Source: Synergistales bacterium (lineage in GTDB: Bacteria; Synergistota; Synergistia; Synergistales; JAFGMB01). Taken from it: DNA of 64,000 nucleotides. The stretch spans positions 2,848,001 to 2,912,000 of the forward strand of contig OY762654.1 in the NCBI GenBank assembly GCA_963666205.1. Direction: 5' to 3'. The translations under genes and the position numbers were made by a program. The notes beneath the pieces are model-generated. The model ran no database searches and was not told where the DNA came from. It was given only the letters and a program-made list of their open reading frames with translations. Below, one piece after another: positions 1 through 10,305 of this stretch (its first letter is position 1; each line of letters starts with the position of its first letter).

Positions 1-40
1 GGTCTGGGTGTTTTTTCAACAAGGATCAGATGAATAGGAT

Positions 41-709
41 ATGGCAGAACTGATAGATAAAGCTCCAGGCAGAGAAGGGCTCGAATATGCTCTCTACAGG
101 AGTGGTGATGAGTATATAATCAGGGTCAACGGTTATGAGCTTATGACAAGTTATTGCCATGGATCTGAAGAAAAGCTTGCCTTGAGTACCTTCGAAAACA
201 TAAAGTCTGCAAATGCTCCAAGGGTTCTTGTTGGGGGATTAGGGATGGGGTTTACTTTAAGAACACTTCTTGATCTCCTGCCTCTTGAAAGCGCAGTGGA
301 TGTTTCGGAGATCGAGCCATCTGTGATCAGGTGGAATCGCAGTATTTTCAGGAATATAAATGGAAATGTCCTTTCGGATCCCAGAGTGAACCTTCATGAA
401 AGTGATGTGGCTGTCAGGATAATTGGTCCTGAACTTTATGATGCCATTATTCTGGACATTGATAATGGTCCACATCCTCTCTCTGCCCCCGGGAACAGTT
501 GGTTATATTCTGATGAGGGTATAGCCTGTATCTATGGATCGCTTAAAACGACAGGGGTCTTTACCCTATGGTCCGCTTTCATGGATAAGATGTTTCTTGA
601 AAGGCTTGAGAGCTCAGAATTTAAAGTAATAGTGGAACACACTTTTTCTAATAATGACAGGAGTTCCGGAGAATATATCATATATAAGGGCCTTAAGATG
701 GGAAATTGA
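41..709 (+). CDS. Spermidine synthase-like SAM-dependent methyltransferase-fold protein
   Basis: 222 aa ORF with VLVGGLGMGFT SAM-binding loop, acidic residue after strand 2 (VSEIE) and YDAIILDIDNGP motif. Confidence 0.75.
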   Translation: MAELIDKAPGREGLEYALYRSGDEYIIRVNGYELMTSYCHGSEEKLALSTFENIKSANAPRVLVGGLGMGFTLRTLLDLLPLESAVDVSEIEPSVIRWNRSIFRNINGNVLSDPRVNLHESDVAVRIIGPELYDAIILDIDNGPHPLSAPGNSWLYSDEGIACIYGSLKTTGVFTLWSAFMDKMFLERLESSEFKVIVEHTFSNNDRSSGEYIIYKGLKMGN

Positions 710-833
710 AGATATTTTATTCTTTTTTTGAATAGGAAAAGAAAGTAGTATCAAAAATGTATTTTAATTTTCCAGGGATGAACCTGTTCCTCCCTTCGGG
801 GATTATTGATAACCCTTTTATTTTCGTGGTACA

Positions 834-866
834 AGTTGGGTCGAAAAAACTGTTTCCGACCCAACT
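834..866. terminator. Stem-loop between convergent genes, at the 3' end of the pur operon
   Basis: Inverted repeat AGTTGGGTCG (834-843) / CGACCCAACT (857-866), 6 nt past the purE stop; no strong U-tract. Confidence 0.5.
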
Positions 867-872
867 GTATCT

Positions 873-1391
873 CTAAAAAGCATCTTCAGGTGCTGAGGGA
901 AGGTCTCCTATTTCCTGCCTGGATCCTATAACCTTTTCTGATTGTTTTTCCATGTAACTGGCAAGCCTCGACGAAATAGTCTCATCTGAAATTGCGAGGA
1001 TTCTTGCTGCAAGCAGAGCACCATTTCTGCCATTATCGATGCCTACAGATGAAACAGGAATACCTGGAGGCATCTGGGTGATTGATAGAAGAGCATCCAT
1101 CCCACCGAGGCTTCCAGCTGAAACAGGGACACCTATTACAGGGAGAAGAGTATGGGCAGCAACGACACCAGGCAGGGCTGCAGATAACCCTGCAACCGCT
1201 ATTATTACTCCGATCCCTCTAACCACCGCTTTTTCTGAATAGCTTTTTACGTCTCCAGGTGTTCTATGTGCTGATGCTATCGTTACTTCGTAAGGTATTT
1301 TCAGTTCTTTAAGGATAGTTCCGGCCTTTTTCGCCTGTTCAATGTCTGAAATAGAACCTAGAATGATACCTACTTTCTTTTCTCCACTCAT
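873..1391 (-). CDS. purE: N5-CAIR mutase PurE
   Basis: GIILGSISD, ASAHRTP, AGLSAALPG, QMPPGIPV motifs; ATG at 1391 follows an AGGAGG SD (track ORF starts at 1412). Confidence 0.95.
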   Translation of the reverse strand: MSGEKKVGIILGSISDIEQAKKAGTILKELKIPYEVTIASAHRTPGDVKSYSEKAVVRGIGVIIAVAGLSAALPGVVAAHTLLPVIGVPVSAGSLGGMDALLSITQMPPGIPVSSVGIDNGRNGALLAARILAISDETISSRLASYMEKQSEKVIGSRQEIGDLPSAPEDAF

Positions 1392-1408
1392 ATTTAAGGT
1401 CCTCCTGT

Positions 1409-2692
1409 TCAAGAAAAATCTTTTGCTTTTGATGCTATATCTTTTCTGAAATGCATTCCTTCAAAATGGATCTTCTCAACAGCCAGGTAGGCTCGTGAAA
1501 CCGCATTATCGAGACTGTCCTTATCCATCCCTACGATGCTCAGAACTCTTCCTCCGCTGGTGACTATATTTCCTTTATCATCTTGACTTGTCCCGGCATG
1601 GAAAATTAGAACATTTTCAATGGCATTCGCTTCGTCCAGGCCTTGAATTACGATATCCTTCTTGTATTTTCCAGGATATCCACCAGATGCTATAACTACA
1701 TCTGCAGCCCATTCTTCAGTTTCATCCATTTTTGCATCAGCGAGTTTTCCTAAACAGCATTTTTCCATTATCTCTGCGATATCCCCCTTGAGTACCGGGA
1801 GTACCACCTGCGTTTCCGGATCTCCGAAACGAACGTTATATTCGATAACCCATGGATTCTTGTTTTCATCTATCATCAGGCCTGCATAAATTACTCCGCA
1901 GAAGTCAATCTTTTCTCTTTTAAGACCATTTAAGGTTGGTTCTAGAACTTCAGAAACAACTCTATCCATGAGTTCAGATCCTGCCCATGGAACAGGGGAG
2001 TAGGCCCCCATACCACCTGTATTAGGGCCCTTGTCATTATCATATATTCTTTTATGATCCTGACTTGGAGAGAGTGGGCGTATTGTATGGCCATCTGTAA
2101 TGGTAAGGACGGTCAGCTCAGTTCCTTTCAGACAATCCTCTATGATTATTTTTTCTCCAGCTTTGCCAAGAGATCTATTTACAAGAAGGTCCTCCGCTTT
2201 GGAGATGGCTTCTTCAATGGATTCAATGACAAATGCACCCTTCCCAGCGGCCAGACCGTCTGCTTTTACTATATAAGGGGACTTTCTTTTCAGTAGAGCA
2301 TCCCTGGCCTGATCCATGTTGGTGCATATGTCAAAAGATGCTGTTGGTATACCGTTCCTTTTCATAAATTCCTTGGAAAAAGCTTTACTACCTTCAAGTC
2401 TGGCTCCATCTTTACCTGGTCCGAAAACCTTGATCCCAGATTCTCTGAGAAGATCAGCGACACCTTCTACAAGAGGAGCCTCTGGTCCTATTACTACCAT
2501 ATCTACATTGTTCTTCAGTGCCAGGGCCCTGACTGCTTTTCCGTCACATGGATCAAGATCCGATATTCTTGCTATATGAGCAATTCCAGGGTTACCTGGA
2601 GAAACTGTTAAGTCAGTCACCTTTGGTGAACGTGATAAAGCCCATGCCATTGCATGTTCTCTCGCACCTCCACCGAGTAAAAGAACTTTCAT
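1409..2692 (-). CDS. purD: Phosphoribosylamine--glycine ligase
   Basis: MKVLLLGGGAREHA, KADGLAAGKG, QDHKR, GPNTGGMGAY, EYNVRFGDPETQ motifs. Confidence 0.97.
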   Translation of the reverse strand: MKVLLLGGGAREHAMAWALSRSPKVTDLTVSPGNPGIAHIARISDLDPCDGKAVRALALKNNVDMVVIGPEAPLVEGVADLLRESGIKVFGPGKDGARLEGSKAFSKEFMKRNGIPTASFDICTNMDQARDALLKRKSPYIVKADGLAAGKGAFVIESIEEAISKAEDLLVNRSLGKAGEKIIIEDCLKGTELTVLTITDGHTIRPLSPSQDHKRIYDNDKGPNTGGMGAYSPVPWAGSELMDRVVSEVLEPTLNGLKREKIDFCGVIYAGLMIDENKNPWVIEYNVRFGDPETQVVLPVLKGDIAEIMEKCCLGKLADAKMDETEEWAADVVIASGGYPGKYKKDIVIQGLDEANAIENVLIFHAGTSQDDKGNIVTSGGRVLSIVGMDKDSLDNAVSRAYLAVEKIHFEGMHFRKDIASKAKDFS

Positions 2693-2710
2693 AATGGATT
2701 TCCCCCTTAT

Positions 2711-4240
2711 TTAATGGCGAAAGGTTCTCCAGTCACTGATAAACATGCTTATGCCAAGTTCCTTTGCCCTGGCAAACACTGATTCATCGTTTCTGGAACC
2801 ACCTGGCTGAATGATTGCATGTATTCCAGCAGCAGCAGCAGATTCTACAGCATCAGGGAAAGGGAAGAAAGCATCCGAGGACATCACAGCTCCCTGGGCT
2901 TTAGTACCAGCCTGTTCAACTGCAAAATTAACTGCAAAAACTCTGCTGCAGAATCCCATACCTATACCGACGGCCTCGCCATCTTTGACAATCGCCACTG
3001 AGTTGCTTTTTGAAACATAAGCTGTTTTCCATGCAAGAATAAGATCTTCCCAAAGGTCTGGTCTTGGTTCGCCTATCCATACGCCCTTTTCTTCAACCGG
3101 GAGAGGAGGAAGGTCGTCATTCTGGATAAGAATGCCGCTCCATGTTCCTGTAACCTGGAATGAAAGTATCCTTCCGCCTTTCCACCTGAGTATCCTCAAA
3201 GAGGGTTTATTTTCCGAGAGGAAGAGAAGGGCTTCTTTATCATATTCTGGAACGAGAAGGACTTCTGTGAAATTTTCTGAAATTGCTTTTGCAGTTTCGA
3301 GGTCAAGTTTTCTCGTAAGACCTACTATGCCACCGAAAGCTGAAAGGGGATCACATCGGAAAGCTTTTTCATAGGCTTCTCTAGTGGTTTTTCCATAGGC
3401 CATACCGCAGGGAGTTGTGTGTTTAATAACGAGGCATCCGCAACTATCCTGCATTATGGAACAGCCTCTCATCGCACAATCCAGATCAAGGATATTGTTG
3501 TAGGAAAGGGGTTTGCCCGATAATTGTTCCCAAGGTAGTTCTGAAAGGGGAGGAAGATATAATCCGGCCTTCTGGTGAGGATTTTCACCATATCTCAAGG
3601 ATTGATGGAGATGGAGGTTCATGGGAATAGTTTCTGCAAGTCCATCTTCTTCCAGTCCCGTACTTGCTTTGAGCCCTGTATAAATAGTAGTGTCATATTC
3701 TGCTGTATGGCAAAATGCTTTTAGCGCTAATCTTTCCCTTGTCTGTAGGGGCAGATCTCCCTCAGAATGCATATCTTCCAGGATGACTGCGTAATCTTGT
3801 GGGTCAGTACAAATGATAACCTGGCTAAAATTTTTTGCAGCAGCCCGAATAAGGGTAACTCCACCGATATCTATATTTTCAAGAAGTTCGTCCAGTTCGC
3901 TTCCTTTCCTGGCTGTTTCTTCGAAAGGGTAGAGATTGCAGACTACCATATCGATAAGGGGGATTTTAAATTGTTCTACATCTGAAAGATCATTGCTCAA
4001 GTGTCTCCGGGCAAGAATTCCTCCGAAAATTGCTGGATGAAGGGTTTTAACTCTCCCCCCCAGCATTTGAGGATATCCAGTCAGTTCCGATACCTCAAGA
4101 ACCTCAAGTCCAGCATCCCTCAACCTCCGGGCAGTACCGGAACTTGATACTATCTGCCATCCCATGGATGCTAATCCATGGGCGAATTCCTCTATGCCTG
4201 TTTTATCATATACTGATATAAGTACTCTTTTTTCAGCCAA
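2711..4240 (-). CDS. purH: Bifunctional AICAR transformylase / IMP cyclohydrolase
   Basis: LISVYDKTG, GGRVKTLHP, DIGGVTL, LRYGENPHQ, SDAFFPF, C-terminal RTFRH; likely TTG start at 4240 after GGGGAGG. Confidence 0.96.
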   Translation of the reverse strand: MAEKRVLISVYDKTGIEEFAHGLASMGWQIVSSSGTARRLRDAGLEVLEVSELTGYPQMLGGRVKTLHPAIFGGILARRHLSNDLSDVEQFKIPLIDMVVCNLYPFEETARKGSELDELLENIDIGGVTLIRAAAKNFSQVIICTDPQDYAVILEDMHSEGDLPLQTRERLALKAFCHTAEYDTTIYTGLKASTGLEEDGLAETIPMNLHLHQSLRYGENPHQKAGLYLPPLSELPWEQLSGKPLSYNNILDLDCAMRGCSIMQDSCGCLVIKHTTPCGMAYGKTTREAYEKAFRCDPLSAFGGIVGLTRKLDLETAKAISENFTEVLLVPEYDKEALLFLSENKPSLRILRWKGGRILSFQVTGTWSGILIQNDDLPPLPVEEKGVWIGEPRPDLWEDLILAWKTAYVSKSNSVAIVKDGEAVGIGMGFCSRVFAVNFAVEQAGTKAQGAVMSSDAFFPFPDAVESAAAAGIHAIIQPGGSRNDESVFARAKELGISMFISDWRTFRH

Positions 4241-4835
4241 TGAAAGCACGCCTCCCCTCAATCTTTACAAGGTTTCCTAAGATAAGTTCCTTAATTGTTT
4301 TCCAGTAAATATTGTGTTCAACAGAATGTATTTTCCCTTCTAGATCTTCAATAGAATCAGATTCTTCCACCATGACGGGTATCTGGGCAAGGATAATCCC
4401 ATGATCAACTTCTTCGTCTACGAGATGTACCGTAACTCCTGTTATCTTTACGCCATAATTCCATGCATCTTCTATCCCTTTGGCTCCCGGGAAGGATGGG
4501 AGTATAGATGGATGGATGTTCACTATTTTCCCCTGATGTTGTTTTACAAATTCAGATGAAAGGATCTTCATGAAACCGGCAAGTACTATCCACTCAGTAT
4601 CAGTTTCTTTTATCAATCTAGCCAGATGCTCTTCAGCAGCCTTCCTGTTACCTCTATCGTATGGAAGAAGTTCGGTTCTAAGTCCTGCTTCCTGTGCTTT
4701 TTTCAGCCCAGCTGATCCGGGGTTATCGCTGGCTATAAAAGTCAGTTCTGCGGGAAGGTCTCCTGACTCGATCTTCCTGCAGATAGATTCCATATTTGTA
4801 CCTCTTCCAGACACAAGGATCGCCATGCGTGTCAT
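4233..4835 (-). CDS. purN: Phosphoribosylglycinamide formyltransferase
   Basis: LVSGRGTN, LAGFMKIL, NIHPSILPSFPG, GVTVHLVDEEVDHG motifs. Confidence 0.96.
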   Translation of the reverse strand: MTRMAILVSGRGTNMESICRKIESGDLPAELTFIASDNPGSAGLKKAQEAGLRTELLPYDRGNRKAAEEHLARLIKETDTEWIVLAGFMKILSSEFVKQHQGKIVNIHPSILPSFPGAKGIEDAWNYGVKITGVTVHLVDEEVDHGIILAQIPVMVEESDSIEDLEGKIHSVEHNIYWKTIKELILGNLVKIEGRRAFIG

Positions 4836-5828
4836 TCAGGAAACCTCTCCGATTATAGCCGGATCTTCTCCGATCTGTGAGAGGAGGTCAACAAGTGAGC
4901 TCTGGTTATCCTTTCCCACGATGAATGTATAACCGATACCCAGGTTGAAAACCCTTCTCATTTCTTCTTCATCTATACCTCGAGAGGCTAGTAAAGAGAA
5001 AACAGGAGGCCGTGTCCACGCTGAAAAATCGAGTCTGGGGTGTAATCCTTTGGGTAAGATCCTTGAAATATTTTCCTGAAGGCCTCCACCTGTAATATGG
5101 GCCATTCCTTTCACTGAGCCACTTTCTGTTGCTTTTAAAGCCTGGTTGACATATAGCCTGGTAGGTTTGAGAAGAGCATCAGCAAGGGACTCTTCAAGCT
5201 CAGGATACACGGAATTTATTTCCAGAGGTGAGTCTTCTCCGAAAAGAACTTTTCTGACAAGAGAAAATCCGTTACTGTGAATTCCCGAACTGGGTAGACC
5301 AACAATAAGGTCTCCTTTTTCTATGGAGGTTCCGTCGATAACATCAGATGGATCCAGGATCCCAACAGCAAATCCAGCCAGGTCAAACCCGTCCTGTGGA
5401 TAGACATCGGGCATCTCTGCGGTTTCTCCGCCGAGAAGCGCACATCCACATGAACTACAAGCATCTACAATACCCCGGACGATTTCGGAAAGTACATCAG
5501 TATTCAATCTTCCACAGGCTATGTAGTCCAGAAAAAACAGTGGCCTGGCTCCGCCTGTGACCAGGTCATTAACGTTCATGCCTACCAGGTCCTGACCCAG
5601 CCCTCTGTATTTCCCAGCTGCTCTGGCAATTTCCAGTTTTGTACCGACACCGTCACAACATGCAGCCAGAAACTGATTGTCGTTCAATCGGTAAAGTCCA
5701 CTGAATCCACCAATACCACCAATAACGTTACTGTCAGAAGGGACATCAGAAAGAATTGTTTTGACCATATCTACCCAGTTATTGCCTTTAGATATGCTTA
5801 CGCCGGCTTTTTCATAGTTCCATTTCAT
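4836..5828 (-). CDS. purM: AIR synthetase
   Basis: YEKAGV, DGVGTK, GGETAEMP, SSGIHSNG, HITGGG, VFNLGIG; ATG at 5828 with GGAG SD. Confidence 0.96.
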   Translation of the reverse strand: MKWNYEKAGVSISKGNNWVDMVKTILSDVPSDSNVIGGIGGFSGLYRLNDNQFLAACCDGVGTKLEIARAAGKYRGLGQDLVGMNVNDLVTGGARPLFFLDYIACGRLNTDVLSEIVRGIVDACSSCGCALLGGETAEMPDVYPQDGFDLAGFAVGILDPSDVIDGTSIEKGDLIVGLPSSGIHSNGFSLVRKVLFGEDSPLEINSVYPELEESLADALLKPTRLYVNQALKATESGSVKGMAHITGGGLQENISRILPKGLHPRLDFSAWTRPPVFSLLASRGIDEEEMRRVFNLGIGYTFIVGKDNQSSLVDLLSQIGEDPAIIGEVS

Positions 5829-7185
5829 CTGTATGGTCTCCTTCCATATAGTTCCCTGTAAAGCAGGCTGTACAGACATCACGTGTGGGAAGTCCGATAG
5901 CTTCGATAAGATCCTCCTCGGTGATATAGGCTAGAGAATCGGCCCCTACCTGGCTCTCCAACTGTTTAATATTCATCCGGGCGGCTGCAAGCTCCTCTCT
6001 GGTCGGAGTATCGATTCCGTAATAACATGGAAAACGGACCGGAGGAGAGGATATCCTTACATGTACTTCTTTTGCGCCATGATCTTTGATCATGGCGATC
6101 ATACGCTGACAGGTAGTACCCCTTACTATTGAGTCGTCTACTATTACTACTTTTTTGTCCTTGATCATGTTCATTATCGGGTTCAGCTTGATCCTTACGC
6201 CAAGGTCTCTGACTCTCTGAGTAGGTTCTATAAAAGTCCTTCCAACATAGCGATTCCTTACGACAACCTTTTCATAGGGAAGTCCCGAAACTTCTGCATA
6301 CCCCATTGCAGCTATGGTCCCACTGTCAGGCATTCCTGTAACAAGGTCTGCATCCGGACAAGGTGCTCTTTCTGCCAGTTTCCTTCCCAGTGCTTTTCTT
6401 ACTTCATAGACAGTCTTTCCATTAAAGATGCTGTCAGGTCTAGCGAAATATACATATTCGAAAGAACAGGCAAAACCTTTTTTTACATCCTTGGGAATTC
6501 TCATGGAATGAAGACCTTTTTCATCAATTACTATTACCTCACCTGGTTCAACTTCTCTTATAATAGAGGCTCCCACAAGATCCAGGGCGCAACTTTCAGA
6601 TGAGACGTATACAATGTTGTCCCTTTCTCCAAGTATAAGGGGTCTGTTTCCCCAGGGGTCTCTTGCGGCAACCAGTCTTGAATCAAGAATAACTGCAAGA
6701 GAGTAGGCTCCTATGAGACGTCTTAAAGAGTCAACAAAGGCATCCAGCCTTGGTTTATGGGGTTGATGAGCCATCAGATGAAGAATGGCTTCCGTATCTG
6801 TCCTTGACTGAAAGATTGCCCCTCTGTTTTCCAGATAGTTTTTAATCCCTTCAGCATTTGTAAGGTTGCCATTATGAGCAATAGCGACGGAACCTCTGGA
6901 GGACGTAGCAGTAAGAGGTTGAGCATTAGTCAGTTCTGATCCTCCCGCGGTGGAATACCTTACATGACCAATGGCACAGTTTGTATCGATGGAAGAAAGC
7001 TGCTGTTGGTTGAGGGCAAGATGGACCAGTCCTGTACCCTTGAGGGAGTGCATGATCCCCCTGGTATTTATCCAGGCAACTCCTGCTGATTCCTGTCCTC
7101 TGTGCTGGAGCGCGTATAGACCTAGATAAACATCTTCAAGGACCGATTGACCATTTTTCGCAAAGGCTCCAAATACACCACACAT
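5812..7185 (-). CDS. purF: Amidophosphoribosyltransferase
   Basis: N-terminal MCGVFG (Ntn Cys), LQHRGQES, GHVRYST, VDDSIVRGTT, PCYYGID and Fe-S cysteines. Confidence 0.97.
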   Translation of the reverse strand: MCGVFGAFAKNGQSVLEDVYLGLYALQHRGQESAGVAWINTRGIMHSLKGTGLVHLALNQQQLSSIDTNCAIGHVRYSTAGGSELTNAQPLTATSSRGSVAIAHNGNLTNAEGIKNYLENRGAIFQSRTDTEAILHLMAHQPHKPRLDAFVDSLRRLIGAYSLAVILDSRLVAARDPWGNRPLILGERDNIVYVSSESCALDLVGASIIREVEPGEVIVIDEKGLHSMRIPKDVKKGFACSFEYVYFARPDSIFNGKTVYEVRKALGRKLAERAPCPDADLVTGMPDSGTIAAMGYAEVSGLPYEKVVVRNRYVGRTFIEPTQRVRDLGVRIKLNPIMNMIKDKKVVIVDDSIVRGTTCQRMIAMIKDHGAKEVHVRISSPPVRFPCYYGIDTPTREELAAARMNIKQLESQVGADSLAYITEEDLIEAIGLPTRDVCTACFTGNYMEGDHTDEMEL

Positions 7186-7187
7186 AT

Positions 7188-9344
7188 TTATTCCTGCCTC
7201 CAGATCTTTTGAAGTTCTTCCACTGGTATATTGAGGTGTCCTTCAATGTAAAGAGATCTGCCTCCAGCTTTTGCAAGCATTACAATGGGGAATCCCCTCC
7301 ATGTGTGGCGAAATTCAACTATCTTGTCAGATGGAACTGCATAAATTGCCCTGGGTCCTCCTTCTCCAAAAAGGAGAATATCCTTGCGGGTTGGAATGTT
7401 GAGTTTCATTTCTGCCCCTATGCCGCTGGAAATACATTCTTTCGCAAGTGCTGAAGCAAGACCCCCTCCAGCGATGGCTCGTCCACTTCTGGCCAGTCCT
7501 TCCCTCGCTGTTTCAAGTGCCCTGGCAACGAAATCCGATTCTGCCTGTCCGTTAAAAACGAGTGGTCTTCCTTTAGGAGTACCCATTTTCTGCATCTGAT
7601 AATGACTTCCGGAAAGAGATGGATCAGAAAGACCTACATAAAAAATATGGTCGCCTTCTTCCCAGGATCCACATCCGAGCATTGCATTCTCATTTCTTAT
7701 CAGTCCAACGACTCCCACGAGAGGAGAGGGAAGGATTCTCTGGGATGCTGTTTCGTTATAAAGACTTACATTTCCTGATACAACAGGACAATCCAGTTCA
7801 GAGCAGCATGCAGCCATACCTTTTACACTTTCTGAAAGTTCCCAGAACTGTTCAGGGATCTCTGGTGAAGGGTAGTTCAGGCAGTTCGTCATACCTAGAG
7901 GTTCGGCTCCCGCAACAGCCAGAGCACGAATGGATCTTGCCACCGTTTCTGCCCCCCCCCTGTAAGGGTCAAGGTAGCATTTCCAGGGATCTGACTCCAT
8001 TGATACTCCTACAAGCTTTTCTGAACCTTTTATCCTCAGAACGCTTATGTCTCTGTTTCCTGGTCCTGTTACTGTGTTGAGCTGGACCATCTGATCATAC
8101 TGTTCATAGATCCATTTCTTGTCTCTAAGGTTGGGAGATGATATCAGTTCCCTTAGATCAGGAGTCAGATCATTGTTAAAGGGAATATCCTCTACATCGA
8201 AATTCCATCTTTCATCAAGATCTGAAGGAACAGATGATTTCCAGTCTGGAGAAGGGCAGTCACTTCCAATGAGGGTAGCCGGGAGATCTACAACTATGTT
8301 TTCCCCGTCCTTAATAATATAGTCATTCCCTTCAATTACCTCACCTATCACGGCAGCATCAAGATCCCATTTTTCTGCAATGGAAATTACACGGGAGACA
8401 TTCTCAAATTCAACGATCATAAGCATTCTTTCCTGAGATTCGGAAAGAGCTATTTCCCATGGTTCCATACCTGTTTCTCTAAGGGGGACCCTGTCAAAGT
8501 GCATTATCATTCCAACACCGCTCTTTGCAGCAATTTCACTGGATGACGATGTGATACCTGCAGCTCCCATATCCTGCATACTGATTATTAATCCCTTTTC
8601 CTTAAGTTCAAGACATGCTTCTATCAGGAGTTTTTCAACAAAGGGATCACCGATCTGGATGTTAGGCCTGCTGGATTTTGTATCTTCTGACAGTTCTATC
8701 GAGGCAAATGCCGCCCCTGCTATCCCGTCTCTGCCTGTTTTGGAGCCAATAAGCACCACTGCCTGTCCAGGACGGGCAGTCTGCGAACTTATAATCTGGT
8801 CGAGTTTTACATGGCCCAGGCACATGGCATTTACAAGGGGATTATCAGTATAGGATTTATCATATATGGTCTTTCCCCCAACAGTAGGGACTCCTACAGG
8901 GTTTCCATAGCCTCCTATACCTCTGACTATTCCATCGGAAAGGTTCTTGGTTTTCTGAATTTCCGGATCTCCGAAAAAAAGGCCATCGAGGGAAGCTATT
9001 GGACGGGCTCCAAGAGCCAGAATATCCCGGATAATACCTCCTACTCCTGTTGCCGCTCCCTGGAAAGGGGCAACAGCAGAAGGGTGATTGTGGCTCTCTA
9101 CCTTGAAGGCTATTCCATTTCCGTCACCTATATCAACTATTCCAGCATTTTCGCCTGGTCCCAGGACGACACTTTTCCCTTCAGTAGGGAAAAGGCTCAG
9201 TAATGGTTTAGTTGACTTGTAACTGCAATGTTCAGACCACATTACACCCATAATAAGCAGTTCACATTCATTGGGTTCTCTACCCAGAGTCTCGACAAGG
9301 GCCTTGTATTCATTCTCCCTCAGACCAGCTTCGCTGTAATGCAT
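7188..9344 (-). CDS. purL: FGAM synthase large subunit
   Basis: MWSEHCSYKS, KVESHNHPS, GAATGVGG, QDMGAAG, LSESQER, VSGNVSLYN; ATG at 9344 likely (GTG at 9353 overlaps the SD). Confidence 0.97.
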   Translation of the reverse strand: MHYSEAGLRENEYKALVETLGREPNECELLIMGVMWSEHCSYKSTKPLLSLFPTEGKSVVLGPGENAGIVDIGDGNGIAFKVESHNHPSAVAPFQGAATGVGGIIRDILALGARPIASLDGLFFGDPEIQKTKNLSDGIVRGIGGYGNPVGVPTVGGKTIYDKSYTDNPLVNAMCLGHVKLDQIISSQTARPGQAVVLIGSKTGRDGIAGAAFASIELSEDTKSSRPNIQIGDPFVEKLLIEACLELKEKGLIISMQDMGAAGITSSSSEIAAKSGVGMIMHFDRVPLRETGMEPWEIALSESQERMLMIVEFENVSRVISIAEKWDLDAAVIGEVIEGNDYIIKDGENIVVDLPATLIGSDCPSPDWKSSVPSDLDERWNFDVEDIPFNNDLTPDLRELISSPNLRDKKWIYEQYDQMVQLNTVTGPGNRDISVLRIKGSEKLVGVSMESDPWKCYLDPYRGGAETVARSIRALAVAGAEPLGMTNCLNYPSPEIPEQFWELSESVKGMAACCSELDCPVVSGNVSLYNETASQRILPSPLVGVVGLIRNENAMLGCGSWEEGDHIFYVGLSDPSLSGSHYQMQKMGTPKGRPLVFNGQAESDFVARALETAREGLARSGRAIAGGGLASALAKECISSGIGAEMKLNIPTRKDILLFGEGGPRAIYAVPSDKIVEFRHTWRGFPIVMLAKAGGRSLYIEGHLNIPVEELQKIWRQE

Positions 9345-9345
9345 C

Positions 9346-10050
9346 TCAAGCACCCTCCCTATCGATCCAGGTTTTGATTGAATTCCACATCAAGGCACCA
9401 TCTGCTCCACCCATGATATGCTCGCTTGCTCTTTCAGGATGAGGCATGAGACCAAGGACGTTCCCCTGTCTGTTAACTATCCCCGCAATATTATTCAGCG
9501 AGCCATTAGGATTCCCATTTTCTGAAATCTCGCCTGAGGAAGTACAGTATCTGAAAACGACCTGTCCATTCTTTTCTATTTCCCTAAGGCTGTCCTGAGG
9601 CAGGAAGTAGAGTCCCTCGTGGTGAGCGATGGGGAATTGTACGACCTGGTCGTTTTTATATTTGAGAGTGAAGGGAGTGTCTGTTTTTTCCACTTTAAGG
9701 AAGCATTGTTTACAGATAAAGGTAAGGGTTTTATTTGCCAGCAGAGCTCCAGGGAGAAGTTTGGATTCTGTAAGTATCTGGAAACCGTTACAGATACCAA
9801 GAACTAGTTTTCCCCTGGATGCATGTTTTTTAACAGATACCATTATGGGAGACCTGGCTGCCATGGCGCCACATCTGAGATAGTCGCCATAGGAAAACCC
9901 TCCAGGGATTATGACCAGATCAGTTGACGCAGGGATCGCTGTATCCTTGTGCCATACAGGAACAACTACTGAGCCTGTTATCTCCCTGACTGCATGGATT
10001 ACATCCCTGTCGCAGTTGCTCCCGGGGAATATCACAACTGCAGTTTGCAT
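9346..10050 (-). CDS. purQ: FGAM synthase glutaminase subunit
   Basis: FPGSNCD, PGGFSYGDYLR, GICNGFQ, MPHPER motifs. Confidence 0.97.
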   Translation of the reverse strand: MQTAVVIFPGSNCDRDVIHAVREITGSVVVPVWHKDTAIPASTDLVIIPGGFSYGDYLRCGAMAARSPIMVSVKKHASRGKLVLGICNGFQILTESKLLPGALLANKTLTFICKQCFLKVEKTDTPFTLKYKNDQVVQFPIAHHEGLYFLPQDSLREIEKNGQVVFRYCTSSGEISENGNPNGSLNNIAGIVNRQGNVLGLMPHPERASEHIMGGADGALMWNSIKTWIDREGA

Positions 10051-10302
10051 TTACTGTTCCTCCACTTCAATGCTGTAATCTTCGATCAATTCATTCACCA
10101 GAAGGTCATCACACATTCTGTCTGCTTCCTGATAAGCCTTTTCCGCTGAATCTGCATCGATCCATAGCTGGATATATTTACCCACTCTGGCGTTTCTCAA
10201 GTTGGAATAGCCTGAATCAGTGAGAGATTTAGCAACGGTCTTTCCCTGGGTGTCAAGAACCCCTTCTTTTAAATAGATCAGGATCCTGGCATGAAAGGTC
10301 AT
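10051..10302 (-). CDS. purS: FGAM synthase PurS subunit
   Basis: 83 aa between purC and purQ; LKEGVLDTQG, VGKYI, LLVNELIEDY. Confidence 0.93.
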   Translation of the reverse strand: MTFHARILIYLKEGVLDTQGKTVAKSLTDSGYSNLRNARVGKYIQLWIDADSAEKAYQEADRMCDDLLVNELIEDYSIEVEEQ

Positions 10303-10305
10303 AGT

